Assembly (NCBI RefSeq): GCF_009914755.1
Contig: NC_060938.1
Source of the DNA: the human T2T-CHM13v2.0 reference genome, Homo sapiens
Reading direction: 5' to 3' (one strand)
DNA length: 64,000 bases
Shown: in pieces, positions 45,281-59,148 of the stretch
Position numbering within the stretch: the first letter of the stretch is position 1
Layout: each line of letters begins with the position of its first letter
Position numbers and translations under genes: made by a program
Notes under the pieces: generated by a model
What the model was told of the DNA's origin: nothing
What the model saw: only the letters and a program-made list of their open reading frames with translations
The model's database searches: none

Positions 45281-45604
45281 ATAGGCTGCAGGACCTTACC
45301 TGCAATGGAGAATGGTCTTTGCCTTCCAGCTTGTTACAGAAAGGAACAAATTCCATCTCAAAGGTTTGTTTGGGAATTCAATTCTCTGTAGCCCAGCACG
45401 AAGAACCGTGCTGAGAGAAAAATCCAAATGCTAAGATTGCTTATTTAATCCAGCTCTAAATCGTTGTGTGGCCTACCTCTGCTCATGTTAAACATCTTGA
45501 CTTTGTAAAGAAGATTCTCAATATAAAGCATTCCCAGGGCTTTATAAGAAAGTCTCTTTAGAATTTCTATTCTGTTACACCAGAACGGTTAATTCTGCTC
45601 TGTT

Positions 45605-45722
45605 GATGTCCCTAAGTAGACTGTGAATTATTAATGGCAGAGGCCACATATGATTATTCTTTAAATATCCTTGGTTCCTAATACAATACCCAATTGATAT
45701 TCAATGAATGTTTATTAAATAG
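45605..45722 (+). mobile_element. L2 3' terminal fragment
   Basis: tagactgtgaattattaatggcagagg...ttcaatgaatgtttattaaat. Confidence 0.6.
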
Positions 45723-48700
45723 CATATGATGTTTTAGACTTAGACTAATTTTTGTCACATTTTAGATGGCTATTTTAATGAATCTGGCCTCTGAAATGCA
45801 TCAAATAGGCAATTTCTACAGACAGCAACATTTATAGGTAGCAAGCTTCATGGGGTGCTTCCGGCTTCCTCTAATATACCACATTTCTGAAAGATTTTAA
45901 GTAATTTTCTACACCTTACCTTATTTGTCATGATTGTTTTGCTTCTTAAGGAATCGGCATGGAATACAAACACATAAGAATTTTCTAAAAATTAAACATT
46001 ATATACAGAGTTCCAAACAGCATATTTCTATTTAAATTACACTCTTTCAAATTATGTAAAGAATATTTGAATGTCAATCAAGACAAAAATACTAAGTATC
46101 AGGTATAAATCAGTAGCCTTTAAAAATGTACAAGGGATCATTGTTCTGCTGTGTTTAGGAAGTGGAAGCAAAGCATGCTCAAGGATGTGTGCGTGTCTAT
46201 TCCGAGAGACTGGAAGAGGGATGACAGAGTGAAGTGAAGGACCTTATTTTACACTTCCAGGAAGCTAAAAAGTGCTGGAGGTTGACTGAGCAACTGTAGG
46301 AGAAAGAAGTCCTTTCCCTACATGATCTGTGAGTTCTGAAAGGTTGTAATAGATGCTCTCACAGTGCAAGGGACAGCTATGGCATAAATACATGTGGACA
46401 GAGGAGGTGGTGTGATTAATCCAAAGTCACAATCAATTCAGAGCTGGATTCGACTGAGGTGTCATTGCAGGAAAATAATGCTGCTAAGAAGACGATAGAA
46501 CTTTCAAAGGTATATAGAGTAAGTTTTATATATTGTAACATATAAATCACCATATAATCTGTTCTAAATAGTTTTATGTGAAATTTCCATCAAAAGTAGA
46601 AAGAGGAAAAAAATTAAAACCCTACCACTGTAAACTTATGTATTCTTTGTCCCTCCCTCATTAAATTTTTACTCTCAAAGTTTTGCTACCCCAAAATCTT
46701 ATATTGTGTAGGTCTTTGGGAAATGGCAAAATGGCACGGTCTGGGGAGAAAGTGTCCACACTGCCCCCACCCCGTGGTAGCAATTACGTCTCCTGGGCCA
46801 GACTTTCTCTCCCAGCCTGGCTCCTGGGGAGATGGTGAGCCTCATGTTCTCCCCTCTATTCCAGATCAGAATGTTAAGCCTACCCACGTAGGGTAAATGT
46901 TTCTCACAAAGGACCTCAGATACTCTTGGACTTCATTAAATTTCGCTTAAAAATGAGACAAATAGCCACAGCAGAATTTCCAACCACAGCATGAGTCGGC
47001 AGTTCAGCAGCCCATCTTCACCCTGGCCAGCCAGGCAAAAGACCTTCCCCAACTAAGCAGGCTTCATGAGCAGCCAAAGTTCATGCAGAGGGGCCCAGAC
47101 ACTGATCACATGTTAGCTCTGGTCCTGTAAGGGGCTTTCTCCCAGCTGCAATGACTTGCCTAGCACTTACATTAATCATTTAAAATCAAGCCTCAGATTC
47201 AAGAACATTCAGGTAGAAATTAAGCACTAACCTATAACAACCAGATAATTAGGAAACATCACGAGATTTTGTGAAAGAAATAAGGTTTTAAGAGAAATAA
47301 GAATAAACTATGTTTTACATCTAAAACACTAAAATCTTAGTGTTCTGAGGATTTTTAAAAATCTTATAAAAAAAGATCCTTTTAAAAAGTAAATAGCCAT
47401 ATATATTGGTGAATGAACTCATTCTTATACACTGAAAATCCTAGCACTTTGCCAACAGCAGAATATTTTTTAGTTGAAAGAAAATAGAATAAACAGTACA
47501 AGTATAATTATGATGCATGAGCCAATGTGTTCAAATGTTGTCTTATTGGCTTTGCTTTAAAATAAGATTTTTAGACTGAGATACTTCAACTTTGGTAAAT
47601 ATTAGCAATTGCTTGGTCAATATAGTGACATTCCTTATTTTCAATCACCAATCATTATCATTATTCCTTATTTTCAATCACCAATATGCCAGATAGATAA
47701 ATTTATTTAAGTTGGGTTCTTAAATTTCCTTACTGTAAAAACTGGATGATTTGCTTAACCACAAATATTTCCTGACCATCTATGATGCCCACATCACAGA
47801 AATGAACACAGTAGAACACAAAGATGTAAGTTTTCCTCTCTAAGATTTTATCTACCTGATGGGGAGATAAATCACACACAAGAATGACAAACACAGATAA
47901 ATAAAGTGACAGTACTTGGCATGGTCCAGATAAAAGGATTTTGGAGAGCCAAAAGCAAAAAGAACATTCATTTTTAGAAGTCAGAAGAAAAGCATCATAG
48001 AAGAAATGGACTTAGAGTTGTACAAGGGGAAACATGAAGGGTTCAATCTTAGAAACAGGATGTGTTTTCTGGGATGGAAAGGTGACCCTAGAGAGAAGAG
48101 AGACTGTTATCCACCCTTTCCACTAAAGGTTAGCTTTTCAATTGCTCATATGTATGCATCATGTTATGTTAACTCCAGAATGCACTGACTTTGGTTAATC
48201 AGATTTTAATTCAATTTCTTATATAAAGATTTTCCATTCTAATTTCAGCTTCTTAAATATTCTATATCCTTGTTCTTTGCCAATATTCATATTTCTGTAA
48301 TTCCTATGGCTAGAATTAATCATTCTCAAGGGTTGTCTAACTCTGCAGGATCGTATAATCACATGCTGTTTATACAGAGTCCCCTGGGTGATATTTTGGT
48401 CCTCCTCTTTTTTATCTTTCATAGCTTAGTTCACTATCAGATCCATACTGAGCAAGCCCCATTGTATCTCTATTAAATATACACAAGAAGTGACAGAAGA
48501 CTGGTGATATCACCAAAATATCTAAAGGAAGACGGCTTGCAGAATTTATGTTTTTGAAAATATAATGATGTTATAGATGAAGATTCCATTTTAGACATAA
48601 AATTCCTAAACCCCAAGGCTATCACTGTGGGTTCCAGAAATGATCCCCTACCAAAATTTTCACAATTAAGACAGTACCGTCCACTCTTCTGCTGAACAGA

Positions 48701-49159
48701 ACTCTGAAATATAGGGCACATGTTTTTTCATGACTCCTGTTTTCCTTTAGCCTCCCCACTCACCTCCACTTTCCCTTTTCTCTTTCAGGACCAAACAGCT
48801 TTCTCCTTACAGATCTAAGGTTCTCCCTCTGTCACCTGTCATATAGAAAAGAGATTTAGATATTATTTTATAATGAGATCTTAAGGGCTTAATACGCTGC
48901 CCTCAGTAACTATTTTCATTTCAAAAGAGGACCACAGCAAAAAGGCAATGCTTTGCTCAAGGGAAAGCATTGCCATAAATTGAATTAAAGGCATGTGAGA
49001 GGAAAGATGTTTTTCTTTTTTAGTGGGAGAGTTGTTTGAGGAGTTTCTGATTATCATAAAGCAGCAAACATCTTCTCAACACTTTATTTATTTTACTCTT
49101 ATACAATTAGCTAGCATCTCTCTTCTAATGACTATGTGGTAGTATTAACAGTATTAATA

Positions 49160-49345
49160 AAGATAACAGCTAATGTTTGAATGCTTGTTGCTATTAATAG
49201 CTAATATTCATTGCACACTTATCTAAGCATTTTACGTGTATTGTCATTTAATCTTCATCATTATTCCTAACTTAAAGGTGAAGATGCTGAGGCACAAAGA
49301 GGTTAAGAATGCACCCAAAAAGCTGGAATCAAATCCAGGAAGTAT
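49160..49345 (-). mobile_element. MIR fragment
   Basis: tcatttaatcttca...gaagatgctgaggcacaaagaggttaag. Confidence 0.7.
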
Positions 49346-49834
49346 AAACAACTAGATCTCGACTGCTAAGAATTAGTAGCCACAGACTCACAGGGAAGAG
49401 TAACTAGCCCATGTGCACCTAGACGCACAGTGTTAGGTTTTTCCTAATGGTGACCTGGTTAAAGCCATGGGAGGTGTCCTACTCTTCCGTCCAACCTCCT
49501 CCAACACCACACCCAGGGTCTGCCTTCATCCTTCTTGGTTTCTCCAGCTGCTCAACATGACACCAACACATTTTACCTGTTCTTCTTCCTACCTTCCTTT
49601 TTTCCTCCCCTTCACCATCTCTGCGCTTCAAGAGAAAACAAATGAAGGTGCTGATGTTGCCTTCCTGTGAGATTCCAGGTGAAAACTGGTTAATCTGATT
49701 AATCATTCTTGCTGCTTTTATTGCAGCAACCACTTTGAACTGTTGTGCTAAAATATAACCGTTTTCCATCTCATAAATGTCTATGAAAAGTGTAAACAGT
49801 GCTTTCAGAGAGCAATTTATTTTGGAATCCAGTT

Positions 49835-49995
49835 TCACAGAATTTTAAAGCTAGGAAAGTCCTTAGTGGTCACCTTGAACAGCATCCTCACCACAGAGGT
49901 GATGAAACTAAGACCCAGGGAGTTCTTGTGACCTGGCTAAGGTTGTGCAACTAGCTTGCTCCAGGTACAGAACTCCAGGTATAGACTTTTCTGAC
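49835..49995 (-). mobile_element. MIR/MIR3 fragment
   Basis: agaattttaaagctaggaaagtccttag...gatgaaactaagacccagggag...ggctaaggtt. Confidence 0.6.
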
Positions 49996-51534
49996 TTCCC
50001 TCCAACTAATTCAGTAAAAAATGTAACAGGCATTTTTTTAATATGTCAGGTACTGAGAATACAAAAGTAATCTAGTGACCTTTCCACTCCATGTTTCTTG
50101 ATTAGAGTCAAGTTGTAAACATTTCTATGGTGAGAGTATCCTCAGCTACTAAAAGAAACAGTGATGTCTTCACATTCACAGAAAGAAACTCTGAGAAGAG
50201 CTGCCTTTCTCTTTCCTTTAAGATAACATGGAGTTAGATTGTAATATGAACTATTGGAGCCAGCAAGAACTTCATGAAATATCTATCCACATATTCATAA
50301 TATAACCCAAACCTCCTTGTTTTACCAGTGAAATAAAGAGGAATCATGGAGGTTACCTCGTGTTTTGCTTTTTTCACCACCATCTGCACCACCTACCTAC
50401 CTTCTGGGTAGGAGTAAAACAAAATTTTCAAAAAGAGAATATGAGATTCCAAAATGTTATGCTTCCAAATCACTGAGACTTTTTTACAACTTGCATCAGG
50501 GGAAGAAAGATGAATCTTTCTTCCTTCTCTAGCAACAACGTATGTTGGCAGAGAAATGAAAGAAATGAAAAGACAGTACCAGTCTCAGTGAACCACTGGC
50601 CAAGCAAAAGGTAGGCATGACGCTCTCCAGATGGATTTTGCTGGCAATTTTAGGAAGTTATGTGAACTTTTGACCCAAAACTGGACATTATCTTTGAGTT
50701 AGGAAAAATCTTAAGACAGCTGTGACTCCAACATGAAGATTCAAGGTGAAAACAAGATTTTCAGCACCGCTGGTCGATGCTGACACCCAAGGGTAATAAT
50801 GTCACAACGATGATGATCTTAGAGAACAAAAACCTGCAATGTGTCTAGTTCTTTTTGCCTTTTTTCTAGTCATGCAACTAGTCATAAATTTTGACATTGT
50901 TTCCTATATAACATGATCACTGCTTGCTTCTTCCTTGAAAACTATTTTTCATTATTCGCTGGTATTTGGAGACCAAATTTCAATGTGTGGAATGTATGCC
51001 ACTTAAATAGATTTGACGGTCCTCTGCCTATTAGAGATGCTCCAAAGTGGAAACATAACTGTTATTGAGGGGTTGAAGCCATTCTATAGTCATTTCTCAG
51101 GGTTTGTAACATGTGAGGGAGCCTAAACTAAAACATGAATAATGTTTTTTAATATACCAAAGGCTGACTGCCTTAAGTTGTTTTTCTCCCTGCTTAAACC
51201 AAAGCACGATAGGAATAAGTGTTATTGCAATTCAAAATCCATTTCAAGCCAAGCATGAATAATAAATTATGAATACTTTAAATAATGAAAATATGCATAT
51301 GAAATGTTAATATTTTTATGTCCATAAAGTAGTAAATATAAGGTCAAAGAAAACCCTCAGACCCCTCCTAAACTATGAATACACTGAAAAATAATTCAGT
51401 AATCAGGATGGAAAAAAAAATTCATAGCGTGGAAGTAGCTGTTAGGGAGAAACTACCAAAGACTGGCCTTATATTTATAAAATAATATGATTGCCTTTTT
51501 GATGATTTTATTCAAAAATATCTATTGAATATTA

Positions 51535-51795
51535 CATGTCTAATATTTATTGAGTGCCAACTATGCACCAAGCATTCTACATATTGACTTCTTAAATCCT
51601 CATAACAAGTCTTTGAGGTAGATATTAGCTTGAAACATGCAAATTCCCATCTTTGTGGGTCAAAAGGGTCAAATATTGGCAAATACATAGAGTCCGACCT
51701 GAATATTAATGTTTTCATTTTATAGGTGTCTCAGATAAATTAAGTAACACGTCCAAATACCTGGTAGAGTTGGAATTTCAATCCTCAGTCTTTTA
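51535..51795 (-). mobile_element. MIR, interrupted by MADE2
   Basis: tttattgagtgccaactatgcaccaagc...aatcctcataacaagtctttgaggtagata, resuming at ttcattttataggtg. Confidence 0.7.
51625..51703. mobile_element. MADE2 mariner-derived MITE (~80 bp)
   Basis: ttagcttgaaacatgcaaatt...gtcaaaagggtcaaatattggcaaatacatag..ccgacctgaa. Imperfect terminal inverted repeats, with TA at 51623-24 and 51704-05. Confidence 0.75.
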
Positions 51796-52094
51796 TAACC
51801 CCATTGTACCCTGCTTTATCTGAAGTAATTATAATTAAATTATCCCACAGCCCCTCAAACTACAAATGTACTGTCCTCCCTCTTACTCAAACCGAAAGAC
51901 CCAAATGGTTTCAGTGCCTTATCTTTAGGTTAAGGATTTGATTCTACTAGAATCTTTCTTTCTCTACATACCCACCGCCCTTCTTTCATAAGCCTAATTG
52001 TACCTTCATTGTCACTGCATTTGCAGAACCAAAATTTGGAACATGTGATTAGAAATAAACGTGTATTTATGAGAACAAGGATATAAAATAATTG

Positions 52095-52550
52095 CAATTG
52101 ATAACTGTCATTCAAATCAGTGGGGGAAAGATTAAACTATTCAATGAATAGTATTGAAGTGGCCAATTTTTAGAAGGAAAAAGTACAATTAATTCCCTTC
52201 TTTATGATATAATTACATAATTTTGACTTTTCAAATTGCTAAATCTGAGCAGCCAAACCTAAAAGAATATCTTTGGGACTTAGAATAGAGAAGTATTTCT
52301 TAGATAAGACACAAAATATCACCTAATTTTCAACATACAATAAAAGATCTAGTAAAGTTAAAAGACAAACTACTGTTTGGTAGAAAATATCTGTAACACA
52401 TACAACTAAAGATTAAACATCAGAATATATAACAGAACTCCAAGAAATAGGTTAAAAGAAAAAAAAAGACAATCTTAATAGAAATAGGAAATTCACATAA
52501 AAGGCAAATTACCAATAAATATATAAAAACATGCTGTCTCATTAGAATTT
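52095..52550 (+). mobile_element. Ancient L1ME-type ORF2 3' fragment
   Basis: tcaaatcagtgggggaaagattaaactattcaatgaatag; catcagaatatataacagaactcc. Confidence 0.65.
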
Positions 52551-52613
52551 GGTTAAAATATTAATATTAGGTAAATTATTAAGAAAGAATTATCATCATA
52601 CACATATGACCTG

Positions 52614-52902
52614 GGCTGGGTGTGGTGGCTCGCGCCTGTAATCCCAGCACTTTGGGAGGCCAAGGCAGGTGGATGGCCTGAGGTCAGGAATTTGAGCCCA
52701 GCCTGATCAACATGATGAAACCCCGATTCTACTAAAAAACCACTACAGCATAGTGGCACACACCTGTAATCTCAGTAACCTGGGAGGCTGAGGCAGGAGA
52801 ATTGCATGAACCCGGGAGGCTGAGGTTGCAGGTGAGCTGAGACTGAGCCATTGTACTTCAGCCTGGGTGACAAGCATAAAACTCCGTCTCAAAAACAAAC
52901 AA
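52614..52902 (+). mobile_element. AluS (AluSq/Sp-like)
   Basis: Dimeric Alu with perfect 12-bp TSD acatatgacctg at 52602-52613 and 52903-52914. Confidence 0.94.
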
Positions 52903-53314
52903 ACATATGACCTGAACACCACCATGTAATTGTCTTTATGTGGCCACCACAATCTACTTGCAGCTCTCTGAGAGTAGTTTCTATGTTTTGTTGCTATTAT
53001 GAAACACCTGTAATTTTGTGTGATACAAAATACTGTAGCACTTCTAGTGGTGAACAGAGGCAATCAGAGGCACCATGGCTGGGGCAGGGGTTGCCAGAGA
53101 GTAGAACCAAGACACTCTCCTTTCCCTCAGAAACTGTACAGAAGTGTTTCATAGAAACACTATCATAGAAACACATTCATAGAAAAACTATCAAGCACTT
53201 CTTATGCACTAGGTATTTGCTAGATGCTGTATAATACATCTGAGAGGCTTCTAAGAAAAATAAAAGACTTATCTAGGCCTTGAAAGTAAATTGAGAGAGA
53301 GAATAATGTAAATC

Positions 53315-53500
53315 CAGGGTTCCCAAACTCTAGCATGGATCAAAATCACCATGAGAGTTTGTTAAAACACAAATTTCTGGGCTCAACTCAGAGTTTCTGA
53401 TTCAGTAGATCAGAAGTTGGGGCCCAATAATTTGCATTTTTATCAAATTCCCAAAATATGCTCATGCTGCTGATCCAGCAATCGTATGTTGAGAACCACT
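53315..53500. mobile_element. MER5A hAT-Charlie DNA transposon
   Basis: cagggttcccaaact...cagagtttctgattcagtag...atttgcattttta...tgagaaccact; ~186 bp with terminal inverted repeats. Confidence 0.85.
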
Positions 53501-55746
53501 CACATGAACTGTTGTAAATTGGAGAAGCAGAATGAGCAGTCTCACAGACGACGAACTCAATAAAAGGAGTCTGGCCTGTCTGGAATGTAAACATGGCTAT
53601 TAAGCTACTTGGTCCCCTGAAGGCAATTGACCTCAGTGCAACCTGGAGCACTCTCTTAGCTCTGATCCCACTGCCACCTACCACAATCCCAGCACCTGGC
53701 AGAGCCAGGGACAGCTGCCAACCATCCATCCAAGTTAGAAGGCTTAAGCAAGTATCCAGTAGGAGTCACTCCCTTACCTCCACTTTTCCTACAATCTGTC
53801 TCCATGGAGTTGCTTATTAAGGCCAAGTGAGTCTATAAGCCTCTCTGCAAAAAGAAATTTTCCTTAAGGCATTCAAATGTTTCACTGCTTTATAAGACCT
53901 TTTAAGAACACTTACATTTATAATGCAGATTTAACATGTGCACAACTTTTTTGCACAACTGTTTAAAATCTTGTTCCAAAGACTTGTAGAAATTAAATTT
54001 TCTAACTCATTCCCAGAGAATGCTAGTCTTTAATCTACGATGAATTCCCTGGTTCTCTTGTGTTCCTGACTTCAAATGATACAAGGCATTTGTCTCACAA
54101 TCTCTCACCAACAATAGGCCTTCCTAGCATATCTAGGCCTCATTTTGGGTTGTTGATTCTAAAAAGTGAGAAGTCTGAGGTTTAATCAATATTTTCCAGA
54201 TTGATTAATGAACCTTGAGCCACACGCTACAGCTGAGCTCAAGGTTTATAAAGCACATTCAATGAGTAGTACTGCATTTTATCTTCTTTGTCTTATCAAG
54301 TAAATAAATAGAATCAATAAAGTGAACAGAGTAACTAAAGAGCAGCCCTCACAATAGAGACTACATTACCTGATTCAGTTTCTAAAAAATCTGAAGATTT
54401 TAAACCATCAAAAAAGAGCCTTGATCCTTATGCCTCTCTCTCTCTCTCTTTCTCATCTAACTATTACCCACTCTATCAACAATAATTTTAAGTCACACAG
54501 CTTAACTTTAAATTTAGCAATCCAGTAGGACCAAACTAAAAAAGTTGTCATGTGTCAAAAAAAAAATGGAATACCCAGGGCAATAAAATAAAAAAAGAAA
54601 ACAAGATGACGAAGCTTACGTTACTACAGGAAACAAAGAGGAATTGTCATAACGTATTTTAAAGGTCACAATAATAATAAAACCTTCATGAACTCATTTA
54701 GAGTCTTCCCCTTGCAAAGAGATATTAAAGCTTCTATATAAACATGGGAAAGAGTGCTAGAATTTCTTCTTTCTATACTTGATGCCTCAAATGAAACCAA
54801 AGGACTATTTGAATTTTAGAGATAGCCTCTAAATGCTTATAGCTGTTCACAGAATGCTACAGTGAAATAGAAGGAAGGAGGGCTTCAGTTTTCCAGGAAT
54901 TTTCTGCTTACTTTTATTAATTTAGGATGTCTGCTTTTTAAAAGAATGTAATCACTGACAACACAGGATACATCTAAAAATAAAATATCGCAACATTTTA
55001 AAAATTTCCGTAAATGATACAGACAAATTTGAAAATTTCAGATCAGCAAAAATGACTCTTTAGGCTAATCACAAACTACCACTATAGCTAAGCATATAAT
55101 TATTTGTCCCAAGATATTTTCTCTTAATTTATTCTATTTATATGACCTACAATAAAGTTGAGTGCAGGCATAAAAGCAAATATATAATTTGCATTGTTTA
55201 CAATAAAGTGTCAATAATTTAGAAGCAACTAAATTAGACTCCCATAAATTAACCATGTTGGGACTGAAGTTTGTATTCTCTCTACAAAATAATTTACTAA
55301 GTAAATCAATACTGCAAACACGATTATAGGACACATTTTAAGGACTTTATTATACTAATTATTTGAGGCAAATGATATTCCCAATGGCGATTTTTAGTTA
55401 GTTTTTAGTTTTAAAATTAAGCAAGGACCAAACATCACCACAACTGGATAGTTCTTATGCCTGCGTTTCCTTCAGTTCCTCCACATCTCAAGTAATTTTT
55501 GACTTACAGATGAAACCCCTGCAACACATCCATGCCTACCCCTCCCCATTTCATCCTGCGCTTACCCCCAAGTGCAACTCAACACAAGAGCTCTAGCTCT
55601 TGCTCCCATGGCAATCAGAAAACTCTGAATTCAAAAATAGAACTGAGAGAAGTAAGAAGTCAGACCCCAAGGCAGCCTGCCCTGTGGGGACGGACGGTCA
55701 GTCTACACTGCCTGCTTTCTCTCCTAAAGCCTCTCTTACCAAAATC

Positions 55747-56010
55747 TGTACCCATGCCCTCGAACTGCCATACAAATTACCACAAACCAGTGGCTTAAAA
55801 CAACAGGAATTTATCCTCTCACAATTCCAGAAGGCAAATGTCTAAAATTAAGGTGTTCCAGGGCTACTCTCCCTCCAAAGGAACTCTGAAGACTCTAAGG
55901 GGAAGCTTAGCTTGCCTCTGCCAGCTCCTGGCAGTTCCTGGTGCTCCTCGTTCTGTGGCAGTATCACCCTTATCTCTGCTCCCTCTTCATATGGCCTTTT
56001 GCTCTGTGCA
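55747..56010 (-). mobile_element. MLT1B/C-type LTR fragment
   Basis: caaattaccacaaaccagtggcttaaaacaacaggaatttatcctctcacaattcc. Confidence 0.8.
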
Positions 56011-56089
56011 TTAGCAGAGTGCATTTCTGTTGACAAGGCAATTCCACATACATCGTCCCCTTTGATGACCATATTCTTCCATTTAAGCA

Positions 56090-56215
56090 CTAATATTTTC
56101 ATTTTATCAAAGAAATAACTGAGCTCAGAATGGTCCAAGGTTACATGGCTAGTTAGGAGGAGGAAGAAGGAGGTTCAAGCCTTCCAAGTTCAAATCCAAT
56201 GATATTCCCACCATA
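56090..56215 (-). mobile_element. MIR fragment
   Basis: cattttatcaaagaaataactgagctcaga...ccaaggttacatggctagtt. Confidence 0.6.
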
Positions 56216-56291
56216 CCAAGTTACTCCTTGCTTCCTTCACAGACCTTCTTTAAAAAAAAAAAATCAGTACACCCCTGAGGTGGCTTTTCAA

Positions 56292-56432
56292 CAGGCTTTC
56301 TCAACTAACCCCAGCAGTCATTCTCAGCCCCAGCTATAAATCTGAATCTCCTGGACCTGGGACCCAGGCCCATATGTGTTTAACAAGCTACCTAGGTGAT
56401 TCTGTCCAAGTGCAGCCAGAGTTGGGAACACT
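56292..56432. mobile_element. MER5-family fragment
   Basis: caggctttctcaact...tttaacaagctacctaggtgattctg...gttgggaacact. Confidence 0.6.
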
Positions 56433-56463
56433 AGGATGAGGGATTTTAGATCCTTATCTTCCA

Positions 56464-56464
<1 letters not shown>

Positions 56465-56520
<56 letters not shown>

Positions 56521-56522
56521 AC
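56465..56522. repeat. Compound (CT)n(CA)n microsatellite
   Basis: Directly visible in the sequence. Confidence 0.95.
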
Positions 56523-57794
56523 TGGTTTTTTGTTACTATCATTTTCTGAAAGCAAAAGTAACAATCACAACCATGTCTCTTACACAAGAAAATAAGATAA
56601 TATACTATGTTTAACCTATTGTGACAATAGGGGTGCTAATGCAATGCTGAATGTTCTGTCTACTGCTGGTCAGAATTCCTGGACGCTCCTCAGGGCATCC
56701 TCATTGCTATAAACATGTAGGCTCTAGGGTCCAATTCTGTGATGCAGAGAAAAAGCTCAGTGCTTTGTTAAAGAAATAATAGACAAATGTGTGTGTCTTC
56801 CATGCTCCCTGCAATTTAGTTACTTTCCCTGACTCAATCACTTTTATAATATCTGCAGTATTAGGAGCTTTTACTCAAAACAGCACCAGCCATTTATGTA
56901 TTGGCCAGGCTGTGCTTCTGACATAACTATTCCTTTAATCCGCAGCAAACCAAGAGGCCTTGATGGAGTTCATTATTGGCTTCAGATGGCAGAGGAGGTC
57001 TGGGACTGGCTGTGGCTGAGGTGACCCTCAACAGATGTCCTGCCGATAGAACTCTAAAGACACCAGGCAGGGCAGAAATCACATGCCGCACCCACAACAG
57101 GAAGTCCAGAGAAACCATACATCCCTGTCCTTATCTTCTGTTGGGACACAGGCTCCTTCTCCCTTTGTGCTGATCATGTCAGCCATATTGCAGCTGAAAG
57201 TTCTCTTGGCAGGTCAAAGAGCAGGGTTAAGAGGTCCAAGCACTCCGTGAGGAAATGCCAAACATTCGGTGTGGGTTCACACTCATGGCAAATCACAATG
57301 CCATTTTTAGATCAACTTTGTTTTTTAAAATGAGAGTTTTTATTGTGGGAAAAGTAGGCAAGTAATTTTTCAGTGCCATGTCATGACTATCTAATACGTA
57401 TTTTGCAGGAAAGTTTTAAACGCAAATATTTGGGATGTCGTTCCATTGTACACTCTTCACTGAGTTAGTCTTCCAACTCAGATTCAGAAAAGATGGCATA
57501 TGAAGAATTTTGCAATTAAAACTTCAGCATCAGGGTAGGTGATGGTGTGGTAGAAGGAATGGGGAGACTACATATGTCAAGCCCTAATCAACTTATTTCT
57601 TTATTGATCAGGTAGGTTTTAGGTAATGTAAGTTACCAGAGAGGTGTTACCTGAACCACATCTGAGAGGGTGGGGAAGTCCAGGTTGTCCTGCCAGGGAA
57701 ATAAAATTTAATCTTAGTTTTTAAGGATCAGTTGAGGATAACTAGTGGCTTGAGGGCCTGGCTGATGTTTCAGTCAATGAGAGAGCATGGCCTG

Positions 57795-58070
57795 CTCAGA
57801 TCTCCAGACACCCATACTGTTCCTTGCCTCCATGACATCCTGCTTTCCATTCCAGGAATGCCCTTCCTCCACTGATCTGCTTAGCAAGCTGCTATTCATT
57901 CTTCAAGAGCTTGTTTTTCTCTGTGACATCTCCCTAAGTTAACTACTCTCCCATGAGTATTTTTCTGTACACCTATCTATTCCTGCCACTCCACCTAACC
58001 CATTACCTTGTAATTGGTGGTTTATACATTTGTCTTCCTTACTAGGAGGACAGGAACTCGAATTCATTTG
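57795..58070 (+). mobile_element. L2 fragment
   Basis: ccaggaatgcccttcctccac...tattcattcttcaagag...catttgtcttccttacta. Confidence 0.55.
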
Positions 58071-59148
58071 AAAGTGGAGATTGTTTGGAAAGGGTACTCT
58101 CTCTGAATTAGCAAATAATATGTGCTTATTGTCATAAATTGAGTATCAAAGTGACAAAAAGTTAATAGTCTCTCCATATCCTCCTTCAGTTCTAACCCTC
58201 TCCCTTGATAATCAATGTGTATAATTTCTCTCTAACTCATAATGAAACATATGAAAGGGGTTTACCCAAAAAATAGTATCCTACTCTATGCATTACTCTA
58301 TAACTCATTTCTCACCTAACATTATATCACAGACATCTTTCAAAGTCAACAACTTTGATTTAATTTGTTTCTTTAATACTATGAAGTATAAAGTTAGGAG
58401 ATAAAAATAAAAACAGAACAATTGGTAGAGATACATCACTAATTTGTCTTTGTGCTTTCCAGCAAATAATCCAAAAAGGATAACAAAGAATTTTATCATG
58501 TCCATAATTTAAAAATAAAAGCAATCCAGTTGTACCAAAAGCAAATTTTCTTCAGACTAGTTCTGAAGAGAAATTTATGTTGTGCTCCTCATAAAACAAG
58601 TTTAACTACAATGAGCAAATTATTTTCAAATGCCCTTATAGTAAATACGGCATCAGTTTCCCGGGTGGATTGTCAATGTCCATCAAAACTGTAATATCTC
58701 ATAACTAGCAAAACAGCATAGAGCAGTTCAGTTCCAATTTCACTGGAAGAAAAAAGAAAAAAAGGCCTAAAGGCCGAGTGGTCTGCTCCTAAGTGAATGG
58801 AAATGAGAAAAGCTATAATAGAGTTTCATGAACTGGAGTCCACAGCCATCCACCCCTCTGCAGAAAAATATACATATATATAGAAATTGAACACAAAATT
58901 CAATTATATTTGTGCAGATCTGAATTTTTCAGGGAACAATACTTATTTAGATTTTTCCAATTCTCAGAGGTCTGTGACTCAAAAAATTTTTTTAAAAAAG
59001 ATTTGGAGCCACTAATATGAAAAAGCACATGGCCTGTATACCTTCCCATAAATTCTCTATAAGTTTTATTTCTTTCAAAGAAGATTTTGACAGTCATTTG
59101 TTTACCCATGTAGCCTTAGTCCCCAGCATAGATCCTGGTACATGTAGG

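Noticed and set aside
48473-48830. Minus-strand 82-aa ORF and plus-strand pyrimidine-AG acceptors near 48788 and 48812
   Set aside because: No recognisable homology and no strong matching donor nearby.
53144-53195. Three copies of tcatagaaacac-like units
   Set aside because: A short low-complexity slippage repeat with no sign of function.
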